Below are positions 49,295 through 57,629 of a DNA stretch of 64,000 bases, in pieces. Position numbers and translations under genes: made by a program. The DNA comes from Myxococcales bacterium. Lineage in GTDB: Bacteria; Desulfobacterota; Binatia; HRBIN30. Under the pieces are notes generated by a model. It made no database searches and was not told where the DNA came from. It saw only the letters and a program-made list of their open reading frames with translations. The DNA lies in the NCBI GenBank assembly GCA_037445065.1, contig JBBILD010000005.1, positions 96,001 to 160,000 on the forward strand, read 5' to 3'. Every line of letters begins with the position of its first letter. The first letter of the stretch is position 1.

Positions 49295-49759
49295 ATGAGC
49301 AGAAATTGGCCTTTTCTTTACTCCGGGGTACTCTCTATCAGCCTGGCGCTGGCAGGTTGCGGCGGTTGCGAGCGACAAGAAGAGCCCGTGCTTCTCGTTC
49401 CGCCCGAAGGACAACTACCCAAGGTCGCTCAGCCTGCGACCACGCCCACGATTCCGGTAACTGTGGGGCCTGGGTGTCTGGTGATTCTGACCCCGGATGT
49501 GGAGGAGGGACCTGCGCCCCTCGAAGTGCGCTTCACGGCGGAGGGTCTTTGCTCTGACAACGACGGCGAGTTCGAATGGGATTTTGGGGACGGTTCCGCA
49601 ACGGTAACCGGTGGCACTCGCTTTGAGAACGGCGCACGCGTCTCGCACACGTACCAGAAGCCCGGCGAGTACATTGCACGCGTGACGCTGCGCGACCCAC
49701 AAAATCAAGTGTCCGACACCGACGAATATCCAATCACCGTCCTCGCGCCCGAGCCGTGA
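49295..49759 (+). CDS. PKD-domain lipoprotein
   Basis: 'LAGC' lipobox; 'GPAPLEVRF', 'WDFGDG', 'HTYQKPGEY'. Confidence 0.8.
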   Translation: MSRNWPFLYSGVLSISLALAGCGGCERQEEPVLLVPPEGQLPKVAQPATTPTIPVTVGPGCLVILTPDVEEGPAPLEVRFTAEGLCSDNDGEFEWDFGDGSATVTGGTRFENGARVSHTYQKPGEYIARVTLRDPQNQVSDTDEYPITVLAPEP

Positions 49760-49850
49760 GCGCTCCGCGCCTGCTCGGGAAAGGCTCTCCTCCACCCAAC
49801 CGAGAATTCGTTGGTGACCGCGCTTTCCAAGCACACGGCGCTGGGATGCT

Positions 49851-49879
49851 TTGACTTCGCGGAACGGCTTCGCTAGGTA
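49851..49879 (+). promoter_or_regulatory. Putative sigma-70 promoter of tRNA-Gly
   Basis: TTGACT-N17-TAGGTA ending 12 nt before the tRNA. Confidence 0.55.
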
Positions 49880-49891
49880 GACGCCCCGCAT

Positions 49892-49965
49892 GCGGGTGTA
49901 GCTCAGCTGGCTAGAGCGTATGCTTGCCAAGCATAAGGTCGCCGGTTCGACCCCGGTCACCCGCT
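49892..49965 (+). tRNA. tRNA-Gly (GCC)
   Basis: GCGGGTG/CACCCGC acceptor stem, TATGC-TTGCCAA-GCATA anticodon arm, GGTTCGACCC T-arm; CCA not encoded. Confidence 0.97.
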
Positions 49966-49972
49966 CTTTCCG

Positions 49973-50002
49973 CCGGCCTCGGAATCGAGGCCGGTTTTCT
50001 TC
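49973..50002 (+). terminator. Rho-independent terminator after tRNA-Gly
   Basis: CCGGCCTCG-gaat-CGAGGCCGG followed by TTTTCTT. Confidence 0.8.
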
Positions 50003-50072
50003 TCTCGCCAGGCTTGCGCCTTCGAGCCACTTCGGTCATGGTGAAACTCGCCCGGAGAGGAGAGGCGCAGGC

Positions 50073-50546
50073 ATGTACGTGGTCGAAGTACTGGAGCAGT
50101 GCGCGGCACTGGCGACTCGGGTGGCTCGTCTATACCGGCAACTGGCCGAGCGGTTTCCCCATGATCCCGCACGAGCGCAGTTGTGGCGCGAACTCGCCTT
50201 CTTGGAAGAAACCCATGCGGAAGTGTTGCAGCGCGAACTCCGCAGTTTCGAGGAGCGCGAGGAGACCGGCGACTTCGTTCCGGAAATGGCGGAGCGTCTT
50301 CGGCAAGCGGAGGCGACGCTGAGTGCGATCGAGGCACAGCTTGCCGCTTCCCAAGGACCGGACGCCGCAATCGAGGCGTCCGTAGCGCTCGAGCAGATGC
50401 ACCTGGAGGAACTGTACGATGACTTGGTCATCCAGGGTGAGCCGGCGTTCCGCTTGTTGATGGAACGCTTAGAAGGGGCGTTAGCCCGCAGGCCCGAAAT
50501 TCCTCCCACGCTGGTACGCAGGCAATGGCTGGGAAGACAACCCTGA
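50073..50546 (+). CDS. Ferritin-like/rubrerythrin-fold protein
   Basis: 'LYRQLAERF...LWRELAFLEETHAEVL'; GAGGAG SD. Confidence 0.65.
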   Translation: MYVVEVLEQCAALATRVARLYRQLAERFPHDPARAQLWRELAFLEETHAEVLQRELRSFEEREETGDFVPEMAERLRQAEATLSAIEAQLAASQGPDAAIEASVALEQMHLEELYDDLVIQGEPAFRLLMERLEGALARRPEIPPTLVRRQWLGRQP

Positions 50547-50632
50547 GCAGGCAAAATCGCAACCGAGCCGCAGCAAAAGCGGGTCCGCGGGCTTACGCCG
50601 AGTTCGAACCATTTCGGCCGAGGTGGCAGGCA

Positions 50633-51604
50633 ATGTTTCGCAGTTTGGGATTCGAGAGCCGGCGCGGCGCGCGCCGAACCGCCGTATTTGCCCCGCTGCT
50701 GTTGGGAGTGCTTGCGCTGAGTGCCTGTGCCGCGAAAAAGCCAAAGAGTGCAGAGGAGTATTTCCGCGCCGCGAGCGCGAGTTTTCGCAGTGGCGCCTTG
50801 GGTGTAGCCAGCGAGCAGTTCCGCGAACTGCTCGACCAGCACCCGTTCAGCGAGTATGCCGAAGAGGCCGAGCTGCGTATTGCCCACGCCCATTACTTGG
50901 AGGGTCGCTACGCGGAAGCTGTGGTGGCGCTCACCGATTTCCAACGGCGCCACCCAACCAGCCCCCACTTGCCCCTGGTGGGGTACTTGCTCGGCATGTG
51001 CTACGCGCGGCAAATGTTGCCGATTGACCGCGACCAAACCGCGGCCCAGAACGCTCTCACCTACTTTCTGACCGTCGCTCGCCAGTATCCGGAGAGCCCG
51101 TACGCAGAACTGGCGCGCGAGGAACTCGAGCGTTGCCGCCGGCGCTTGGCCGGTCATGAAGCCTATGTGGCTGAGTTCTACGCCAAGCGTGGGCACTGGA
51201 AAGCGGCGGAGGTGCGGCTGCTGGAACTCGCGGCAAAGTACGGTTCCACCGAGGAAGGAACCCGAGGACTCCTCTCGCTTGCCCGCCACTATGAAAAGCA
51301 AGGCATGACCGACCGAGCCCGGCTCGCATACCAGGCCGTAGCGCAGGCACGACCGGGCAGCGCCGACGCCGTGGTGGCGCAGCGAGCACTCCAGCGCCTG
51401 CGCGTGGAAGAGCCAATTCGTGCGGCTGACCCCATTACGGTGCTGCTCGCGTTGAACGGTCGCTCTCAAGTGGTCGATTCCTTCGACACCGCCCAGGTGA
51501 CACCTCCGCAGCCGGCCCGCTTGCCCTCCAGTGCCGGGGCGATGCCGGTCCCGGCCGTTGGCACCGGGTTCGATCCGTTTGGTCGTGGCCGTTCCTACTA
51601 CTAA
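50633..51604 (+). CDS. bamD: Outer membrane protein assembly factor BamD
   Basis: LSAC lipobox, TPRs, 'HPFSEYA', 'DRDQT', 'YPESPYA', 'LAGHEAYVAEFY'. Confidence 0.88.
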   Translation: MFRSLGFESRRGARRTAVFAPLLLGVLALSACAAKKPKSAEEYFRAASASFRSGALGVASEQFRELLDQHPFSEYAEEAELRIAHAHYLEGRYAEAVVALTDFQRRHPTSPHLPLVGYLLGMCYARQMLPIDRDQTAAQNALTYFLTVARQYPESPYAELAREELERCRRRLAGHEAYVAEFYAKRGHWKAAEVRLLELAAKYGSTEEGTRGLLSLARHYEKQGMTDRARLAYQAVAQARPGSADAVVAQRALQRLRVEEPIRAADPITVLLALNGRSQVVDSFDTAQVTPPQPARLPSSAGAMPVPAVGTGFDPFGRGRSYY

Positions 51605-52361
51605 CCTCGGAGCATCTTCCTCCGCGCACGAGGCTTGGCGGCACGGTCGGGTGTTGATCGCCGGCGTGGGCGGTTTGGGCTGCCCGGCTGCCCTCCTCAT
51701 CGCCCAGGCGGGGGTCGGCAACCTCACGATCGTGGATCCCGACAGGGTCGAAGTTTCCAACCTTCACCGCCAGCCTCTGTTCGATGAACTTGACCTCGGC
51801 CAGCCCAAGGCGCTGGTCGCTGCGCAACGCTTACAGGAGCGGTTCCCAGCGCTGGCCATCAAAGGCCTTGTCGCCGCCGTAGAAGAGGAGAACATCGAGC
51901 CGCTGCTAACCGGGCACGACCTGCTGGTAGACGCCACAGACCGAATCGAAACCAAGCTTTGGCTGAACGATCAGTGCGTGCGACTCGGCATCCCGCTCGT
52001 CCATGCGGGAGCACTCGGCTGGCAGGGGCAGCTCTGCACCGTTTTACCCGGGCGCAGTGCGTGCTTACGCTGCATCTTTGCAGCGGCGGACGATGAGTCG
52101 CTGCGCTCCTCCTGCCGAGAAGCAGGGATCGTGGGTCCTGTGGTCGGCTATCTCGGCGCGCGGCAAGCCTTCGAGGCACTGGCGCTCCTGGCCGGAGAGT
52201 GGGGCCAACTCACGGCCGACCGCATGTTGCTGTTCGACGCCTGGCGTCCGAGCCTTCGCGTGGTACGCGTGAAACGCGACCCGAACTGCGCGGTGTGCGC
52301 TGGTGTTTTGCCAGCACGAAGCGACCACACTCGTAAGAACACCCGCGCTTGCAGCGCATAG
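51585..52361 (+). CDS. ThiF/MoeB/HesA-family adenylyltransferase (E1-like), no rhodanese domain
   Basis: GVGGLG, 'DPDRVEVSNLHRQ', 'DATD', CLRC, 'CREAGIVGP', CAVC; start estimated. Confidence 0.9.
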   Translation: MAVPTTNLGASSSAHEAWRHGRVLIAGVGGLGCPAALLIAQAGVGNLTIVDPDRVEVSNLHRQPLFDELDLGQPKALVAAQRLQERFPALAIKGLVAAVEEENIEPLLTGHDLLVDATDRIETKLWLNDQCVRLGIPLVHAGALGWQGQLCTVLPGRSACLRCIFAAADDESLRSSCREAGIVGPVVGYLGARQAFEALALLAGEWGQLTADRMLLFDAWRPSLRVVRVKRDPNCAVCAGVLPARSDHTRKNTRACSA

Positions 52362-52448
52362 GGGAAGCTTTTACCAGTGGGTCTCACCGAAACGATTCCA
52401 AGTGTCTGCCCGAGCAGGCAGCGTTTGGCGTGAAAAAGGAGGTTCCAC

Positions 52449-52736
52449 ATGGGTGTTCGAGTTCGCATTCCAACGCCGCTCCGCCGGTACACCGATGGGA
52501 AAGAGGAGGTCGTCGCTTCGGGAGCCACCGTGGGGTCGGTGCTCGAAGATCTCGAGCAACACCATCCGGGCATCAAGGAACGGTTGTGCGATGAATCCGG
52601 GAAGGTCCGGAGATTCGTGAACATCTACGTGAATGGCGACGACATTCGCTTCCTCGATTCTCTGGACACCCCGGTGCGGGAGGGAGACGAGATTTCCATC
52701 GTGCCGGCGATTGCCGGCGGAGTTTTGAATGCCTGA
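52449..52736 (+). CDS. MoaD/ThiS/CysO-type ubiquitin-like sulfur carrier with C-terminal extension
   Basis: '[10 protein letters not shown]', '[16 protein letters not shown]', '[12 protein letters not shown]'; AAAAGGAGG SD. Confidence 0.93.
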   Translation: MGVRVRIPTPLRRYTDGKEEVVASGATVGSVLEDLEQHHPGIKERLCDESGKVRRFVNIYVNGDDIRFLDSLDTPVREGDEISIVPAIAGGVLNA

Positions 52737-53727
52737 GGCTGCGACCATCCGGTTGCGCCACACCCTGCGCCCGCGCAAAGCGAACTCGGTTCTCGATCTG
52801 GTCGGCAACACGCCTCTGCTCGAGCTCCGCAACCTGCGTGAAGGTGTGGCACCGGGGGTCCAAATCTACGCCAAGCTCGAGGGGTTCAACCCGGGCGGGT
52901 CCGTCAAGGATCGGCCGGCGGTATGGATGATCCGCGACGGCTTGCAGACTGGGAAACTGCGGCCGGGCAAGACGATCATCGACTCGACCTCTGGCAACAC
53001 AGGAATTGCTCTTGCGATGGCTGGGGCAGTCCTCGGCTATCCGGTCGAACTCGTCATGCCCGCCAATGTCAGCAAAGAACGCAAGCAAATTGTCTCGGCA
53101 TACGGGGCTAAAGTGATCTTCAGCGATCCTCTCGAGGGCTCCGATGGAGCCATCCGCCTGTGCCGCAAGATTCTCGCGGAAAACCCGGACAAGTACTTCA
53201 AACCCGATCAGTACTTCAACGAAGTGAACCCGCTGGCGCATTTCGAAAGCACCGGTCCGGAGATCTGGAACGACACCCGCGGTCGGGTCACCCATCTGGT
53301 CGCCGGCATCGGCACGGGTGGGACGATCATGGGCACCGGCCGTTATCTAAGAAGCCGCAACCCGGCCATTCAGGTGATTGCCGTGGAGCCTGATGACGCG
53401 TGGCACGGGCTGGAAGGACTCAAGCACATGGCGACCTCCATCGTACCGGGCATCTATCACGAGGAGGAACTGGACCGAAAAATTCCGGTGAGCACCGACG
53501 CCGCTTATGAAATGGTGTACCAAATCGCCGAACGCGAAGGCATTGTTGTCGGTCAGTCCTCCGGGGCAGCACTGGTGGGCGCGTTGGAGGTTGCGCGCGA
53601 ACTCCGCGAGGGGGTCGTGGTGGTCATCTTCCCGGACTTTGGCGACCGGTACCTGAGCACGAATCTCTGGGTTGGCTGGCGGGAGCGGCGTGCTCGCCTG
53701 GAGCGCATCCTGGCACAAAGTCTCTGA
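52729..53727 (+). CDS. cysM: PLP-dependent cysteine synthase (CysM type)
   Basis: 'VGNTPL', 'NPGGSVKDR', 'STSGNTG', 'GIGTGGT', 'PDFGDRYLS'. Confidence 0.88.
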   Translation: MPEAATIRLRHTLRPRKANSVLDLVGNTPLLELRNLREGVAPGVQIYAKLEGFNPGGSVKDRPAVWMIRDGLQTGKLRPGKTIIDSTSGNTGIALAMAGAVLGYPVELVMPANVSKERKQIVSAYGAKVIFSDPLEGSDGAIRLCRKILAENPDKYFKPDQYFNEVNPLAHFESTGPEIWNDTRGRVTHLVAGIGTGGTIMGTGRYLRSRNPAIQVIAVEPDDAWHGLEGLKHMATSIVPGIYHEEELDRKIPVSTDAAYEMVYQIAEREGIVVGQSSGAALVGALEVARELREGVVVVIFPDFGDRYLSTNLWVGWRERRARLERILAQSL

Positions 53728-53733
53728 TCGCCC

Positions 53734-54402
53734 ATGCATCTCAACGAACAGGAGTTGGAGTGGTTCAGCCGCCAAATCCTGGCCAGCGGCGTCGGCGGGC
53801 GCGGGCAAGGAGCCTGGTTCGAGAGCGCTGTGGCCCTGGTGGGAAAGCCGGACTTGCTCGGACCGTGTGCTTTGTACCTAGCGCGCGCTGGGGTCGGTCA
53901 CATCGCAGTGCCGGCAGCGTTGCTCCCACAGTTGCCTCGCGGTGCCTGCCCGCGCACTTCCTGGTACGGCGAAGCTTTTCCAAGCGGTTTCTCCCGAGCC
54001 ACCGGTGTTTCCATCCACGCTTGCGAGGAGCCTGGCGCCTGGCACGCGCAAGTTCGCAAATGGCGCCCACAGCGTGCTGCGGTTTGGGTGTGGGTGCAAG
54101 GAACGCGCGCGTGGGTGGCGTACTGGCCGCAACCGTTTCAAAGTGCTTGCCCGCTCGATGACGAATTCTGGCAGTTGTGGTCCGAGCCCGGCAACGCCGC
54201 ATCGCACCAGAGTGCCGAGCCGGTCTACGGCTGGGGTGCGGCAACGTTGGCTGCCAGTCTAGCCTTGCGCGCTCTTTTAGAGCCGCGCGCGCAACAGGAG
54301 CACGCATGGTTTCTGCAGGACTTTGGGCGGGGCCTTGTCCGCCAGCAGGTCCGGCAAGCGTTCTCCACTCCCTGCGAGCATTGCCGAGGGCACTTGGTAT
54401 GA
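53734..54402 (+). CDS. Catalytically degenerate ThiF/MoeB-like protein
   Basis: N-terminus 'LNEQELEWFSRQILASGVGGRGQ' and 'YLARAGVGHI' match MoeB; GxGxxG and SNLxRQ absent; C-terminal CEHC. Confidence 0.75.
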   Translation: MHLNEQELEWFSRQILASGVGGRGQGAWFESAVALVGKPDLLGPCALYLARAGVGHIAVPAALLPQLPRGACPRTSWYGEAFPSGFSRATGVSIHACEEPGAWHAQVRKWRPQRAAVWVWVQGTRAWVAYWPQPFQSACPLDDEFWQLWSEPGNAASHQSAEPVYGWGAATLAASLALRALLEPRAQQEHAWFLQDFGRGLVRQQVRQAFSTPCEHCRGHLV

Positions 54403-55676
54403 AGCTGGCACCCGCAAGCAGCGCCGGCAGCCGCCTCGCCGGCGAGCCCTGGCTCGCACACAAACTCTTGTGCAAAGGCGTGCAGGTCGGCGCCGCGCGA
54501 GAGGATGAACTCAGGCATACCGCGCATTGGCTCGCAGGCGCGTTCGGTTCGCCGCGACTCGAGATCGAGCTTCTCACACCCTCTCCGGCACGCCTACTGG
54601 TGGCCGTGCACACGGGCGAAAGCGACGGAGATCTGCCCCGACTCGAGCGAAGCGATGGGAGGTGGCAGCTCAGCACCGCGGGCGGGCCCATACCGGTGCG
54701 CATCCCTAGCCCCCCCGCCTGGTACGAGATCGAAGCTTCTACCGGACGCAAGATGGGGGAGATCGCGTGGCTGCTCGGTTCGGTTTTGATTTTCTTCCCG
54801 ACAACCAGTTGCGGGTATGGCCTGAGTGGTGCGAGCTGCCGCTTCTGTCGTGCCGGCTCTCGGTCCTTCGATGAGCGGGAGATGACGCTCGGTGCGAGCG
54901 AAGTGGCGCAAGTGGTGAGCGCGGCAAGCCGGGAGCGGCGCCTGCGCTACGTGTATTTCCCCGCCCAGCCATCCTTCGACTTAGAAGACGGCGGCGTCTG
55001 CGAGTTAGAGCCGCTGGTGAGGGCTGCCCGGAGGCACACCTCCGCACTGATCGCCGCGTCGTTCCATCCCCCGCGCACTCTCCGCTGGCTCGATCATGCT
55101 TACGCAATGGGAGTGGATGCTGCAGGGATTCACCTCGAGGTCATTGACGTCGAGACGCTCTCCCGTGCCTTGCCGGGACGGGCCCGGCACCTGGGCAAGT
55201 CGCGGTATTTTGCAGCGTTGCACCACGCCGCCCGCATCTTTCCTGCAGGCGCCATTTGGAGCGAGGTGGTGCTCGGCTGGGAGCCAGGGAGCGCACTGAG
55301 AGGTGATCTGCGGACTCTCGTAGAGGTAGGGGTCATTCCGGTTCTCATCCCCTTACGAAGCGAGGACCGGCCTTCGTCCTTCCCCGTCTCGCCGCCCGAC
55401 GCAGAAGAGCTTCGGCACGCCTGCCTCACCGTGGAGGCGGCGCTTCGCGGCAAACGTCTGTGCCCGCAGTGGATTCCTCCCCTCCCCTACGCCCTACCGA
55501 GGCTGCTGGACGATTGCCTTGAGCAAGAAGCAGTTCAGGCTCGCCTGTGGGCCGGCGTGAGCCGAGCGCAGCTGCTGGGTAACCTGGCTTTGCCACGCCT
55601 CGCCCGTTTGCGGCGGGCATTGCGCGTTCGCAGCCTGGACGACTCCACGGGCGAGGCGCCCCATGCAAGCCGGTAA
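54399..55676 (+). CDS. Radical SAM protein with atypical Cx8Cx2C motif (MSMEG_0568-like)
   Basis: 'CGYGLSGASCRFC' at 54810-54848; 'GVDAAGIHLEV', 'PGRA', 'GVIPVLIPLR'; ATGA overlap with the preceding gene. Confidence 0.75.
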   Translation: MKLAPASSAGSRLAGEPWLAHKLLCKGVQVGAAREDELRHTAHWLAGAFGSPRLEIELLTPSPARLLVAVHTGESDGDLPRLERSDGRWQLSTAGGPIPVRIPSPPAWYEIEASTGRKMGEIAWLLGSVLIFFPTTSCGYGLSGASCRFCRAGSRSFDEREMTLGASEVAQVVSAASRERRLRYVYFPAQPSFDLEDGGVCELEPLVRAARRHTSALIAASFHPPRTLRWLDHAYAMGVDAAGIHLEVIDVETLSRALPGRARHLGKSRYFAALHHAARIFPAGAIWSEVVLGWEPGSALRGDLRTLVEVGVIPVLIPLRSEDRPSSFPVSPPDAEELRHACLTVEAALRGKRLCPQWIPPLPYALPRLLDDCLEQEAVQARLWAGVSRAQLLGNLALPRLARLRRALRVRSLDDSTGEAPHASR

Positions 55677-57153
55677 CATGGATATCGCCAGCCCAGCCAG
55701 CTCCGCTCGCAAACCGCGGTACGTCGTGGACACCCGGCCCCTTTGGCGCATCCTCCTGCCAGGGGTCTTTCACGCGCTCTTGTGGTGTCTCGCCGCGGGG
55801 ATGTACTGGTGGGCAATCAGCACTCCGCCCCCGGCGGGGCTCAGCGAAGCGGGGCAGCGCGCGCTGGCGATTTTCGCCATTTGTGTGCTCTTCTGGGTGC
55901 TCAGCGTTCTACCGCTGATGGTCACCAGCTTGCTTGCCATCGTGCTGATCCCGCTTTCCGGGGTCATGAGCGCATCGCAAGCCTATTCGCTGTTCGGCAA
56001 CGAAGCCCTGTTTTTTATCCTCGGTGCTTTCATTTTGGCCGCCTGCCTGATGAAGTCGGGTCTCAGCACGCGCATCGCGCTGGCGATCTTGCATCGTTTC
56101 GGGCGGACTCCGCACTCACTCCTGTTCAGCGTACTACTGCTCAACGTCGTCATGGCCTTCTTCATGTCCGAGCATGCGGTAGCCGCGATGAACTTCCCCA
56201 TCATCGCCGAGATGACCCAAGTGTTGCGACTCACGCCGCGGCGCAGCAACTATGGCAAGGCGCTCTTTCTCGCGATGGCGTGGGGCTCGACCATTGGCGG
56301 CATCGCCACCTTGCTCGGGGGGGCACGCGCCCCGCTCGCGATCGGCATCTTACGCGAGACAACCGGCAAGTCGTTCACCTTCTTCGAGTGGAGCCAGGCA
56401 ATCTTTCCGCTCGTCGTTGTCCTCACCGGGGTGGCTTACGTGCTGCTCCGCTGGTTCTTCCCCGTTGACATTAACGACGTCCGTGCCGCCGACGAAGTGC
56501 TGCGCGAGCGCCGCTTGCGCCTCGGCAAGCCTCGCTACCAAGAACGGGCGATCGCCACCGTGATGCTGGCCACCCTCGCAGCATGGATCTTGCTCGGCGA
56601 GGAGTTCGGCTTGGCTAACGTCGCCCTGGTTTCCGTCGTCGTTTTGTTCCTGTTACGACTGGTCCATTGGAAAGAAATCGAAGGTTATGTGAACTGGGGC
56701 GTGCTGGTGATGTACGGTGGGGCAATTTGTCTCGGCTCGGCGCTGAGCAAGTCCGGGGCGGCTGGCTGGCTCGCGCACGCCACCATCCGCGACTGGGCCA
56801 CGAACTCCAGTGCGGTCATCTGGTTGCTTTCCTTGCTCGCGCTGGTGCTCACCGAAGCCATGAGCAATTCCGCGGTCGTGGCCATGCTGCTCCCGATGAG
56901 CCTCGGGATTGCGGGCGAGTTCGGGCTCGACCCCCGCGTGATCGCGCTCACTGTGGCGGTACCTGCTGGCTTGGCGACCACCCTACCGATCGGTACACCT
57001 GCAAACGCGATCGCGTTCTCGAGCGGCTACCTGTCGCTGCGTGACTTACTCCTCCCGGGCGCCACGCTGGCCTTCATTGCCTGGGTCGCGTTCAACCTCA
57101 TGGCGTGGTGGTACTGGCCATGGCTCGGCTTGCACATCGGGGGTGGAGGATGA
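55663..57153 (+). CDS. SLC13/DASS family anion (sulfate/dicarboxylate) symporter
   Basis: Multi-TM; 'GGIATLLGGAR', 'VNWGVLVMYGG', 'EAMSNSA', 'LPIGTPANAI'. Confidence 0.9.
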   Translation: MQAGNMDIASPASSARKPRYVVDTRPLWRILLPGVFHALLWCLAAGMYWWAISTPPPAGLSEAGQRALAIFAICVLFWVLSVLPLMVTSLLAIVLIPLSGVMSASQAYSLFGNEALFFILGAFILAACLMKSGLSTRIALAILHRFGRTPHSLLFSVLLLNVVMAFFMSEHAVAAMNFPIIAEMTQVLRLTPRRSNYGKALFLAMAWGSTIGGIATLLGGARAPLAIGILRETTGKSFTFFEWSQAIFPLVVVLTGVAYVLLRWFFPVDINDVRAADEVLRERRLRLGKPRYQERAIATVMLATLAAWILLGEEFGLANVALVSVVVLFLLRLVHWKEIEGYVNWGVLVMYGGAICLGSALSKSGAAGWLAHATIRDWATNSSAVIWLLSLLALVLTEAMSNSAVVAMLLPMSLGIAGEFGLDPRVIALTVAVPAGLATTLPIGTPANAIAFSSGYLSLRDLLLPGATLAFIAWVAFNLMAWWYWPWLGLHIGGGG

Positions 57154-57614
57154 ATGCCGTACTGCTTCTACTGACGCCGGGGTCCCAACCCGGGCTTGCT
57201 CTGCAACGCGCCTTGGAGCGAGCCAAGGAGTCGCACGCAGTGCTTTACGCCGCCGTCGTGCTCCCAGCGCGACACTTAGATGAACTCGCCGGCCAACTCA
57301 TGGACCACGGCTTCATTGGCGAGAAGCTTAGTGAGGACGTGATCGAACACGTACGGCAGGAGCAAGTCGCTCTCGCGAACGAGGTTCTGGCAAGGGTACG
57401 GGAGGCGGCAGCACGAGCGGGCGTCGAAGTCGAAACGCAGGTGATCGAGGGCGAACCTTGGGAGGCTTGCGAAGCGGCTTCGACCCGCTTTTCCATCGCG
57501 CACGCAGTGCTGCCTGTGCCCGCCCGTGCGTGGTTCGAACGCTGGTGGCGCAAGCCCCGGGCCCCCGCCTGGGCGGAGGACCTGGGCTGTAACGTAGAAA
57601 CCGTGGAAGAGTAG
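57150..57614 (+). CDS. Universal stress protein (USP) domain protein
   Basis: 'ALQRALERAKE', 'AARAGVEVETQVIEGEP'; ATGA coupling to the transporter. Confidence 0.75.
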   Translation: MNAVLLLLTPGSQPGLALQRALERAKESHAVLYAAVVLPARHLDELAGQLMDHGFIGEKLSEDVIEHVRQEQVALANEVLARVREAAARAGVEVETQVIEGEPWEACEAASTRFSIAHAVLPVPARAWFERWWRKPRAPAWAEDLGCNVETVEE

Positions 57615-57629
57615 AAAGGAGTCTGGAAT

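Noticed and set aside
48044..50072. ORFs spanning the tRNA genes (48044..48817 -, 49415..49960 -, and 5' extensions of 48272.. and 49920..)
   Set aside because: They are translations of tRNA sequence; the real CDS starts lie outside the tRNAs
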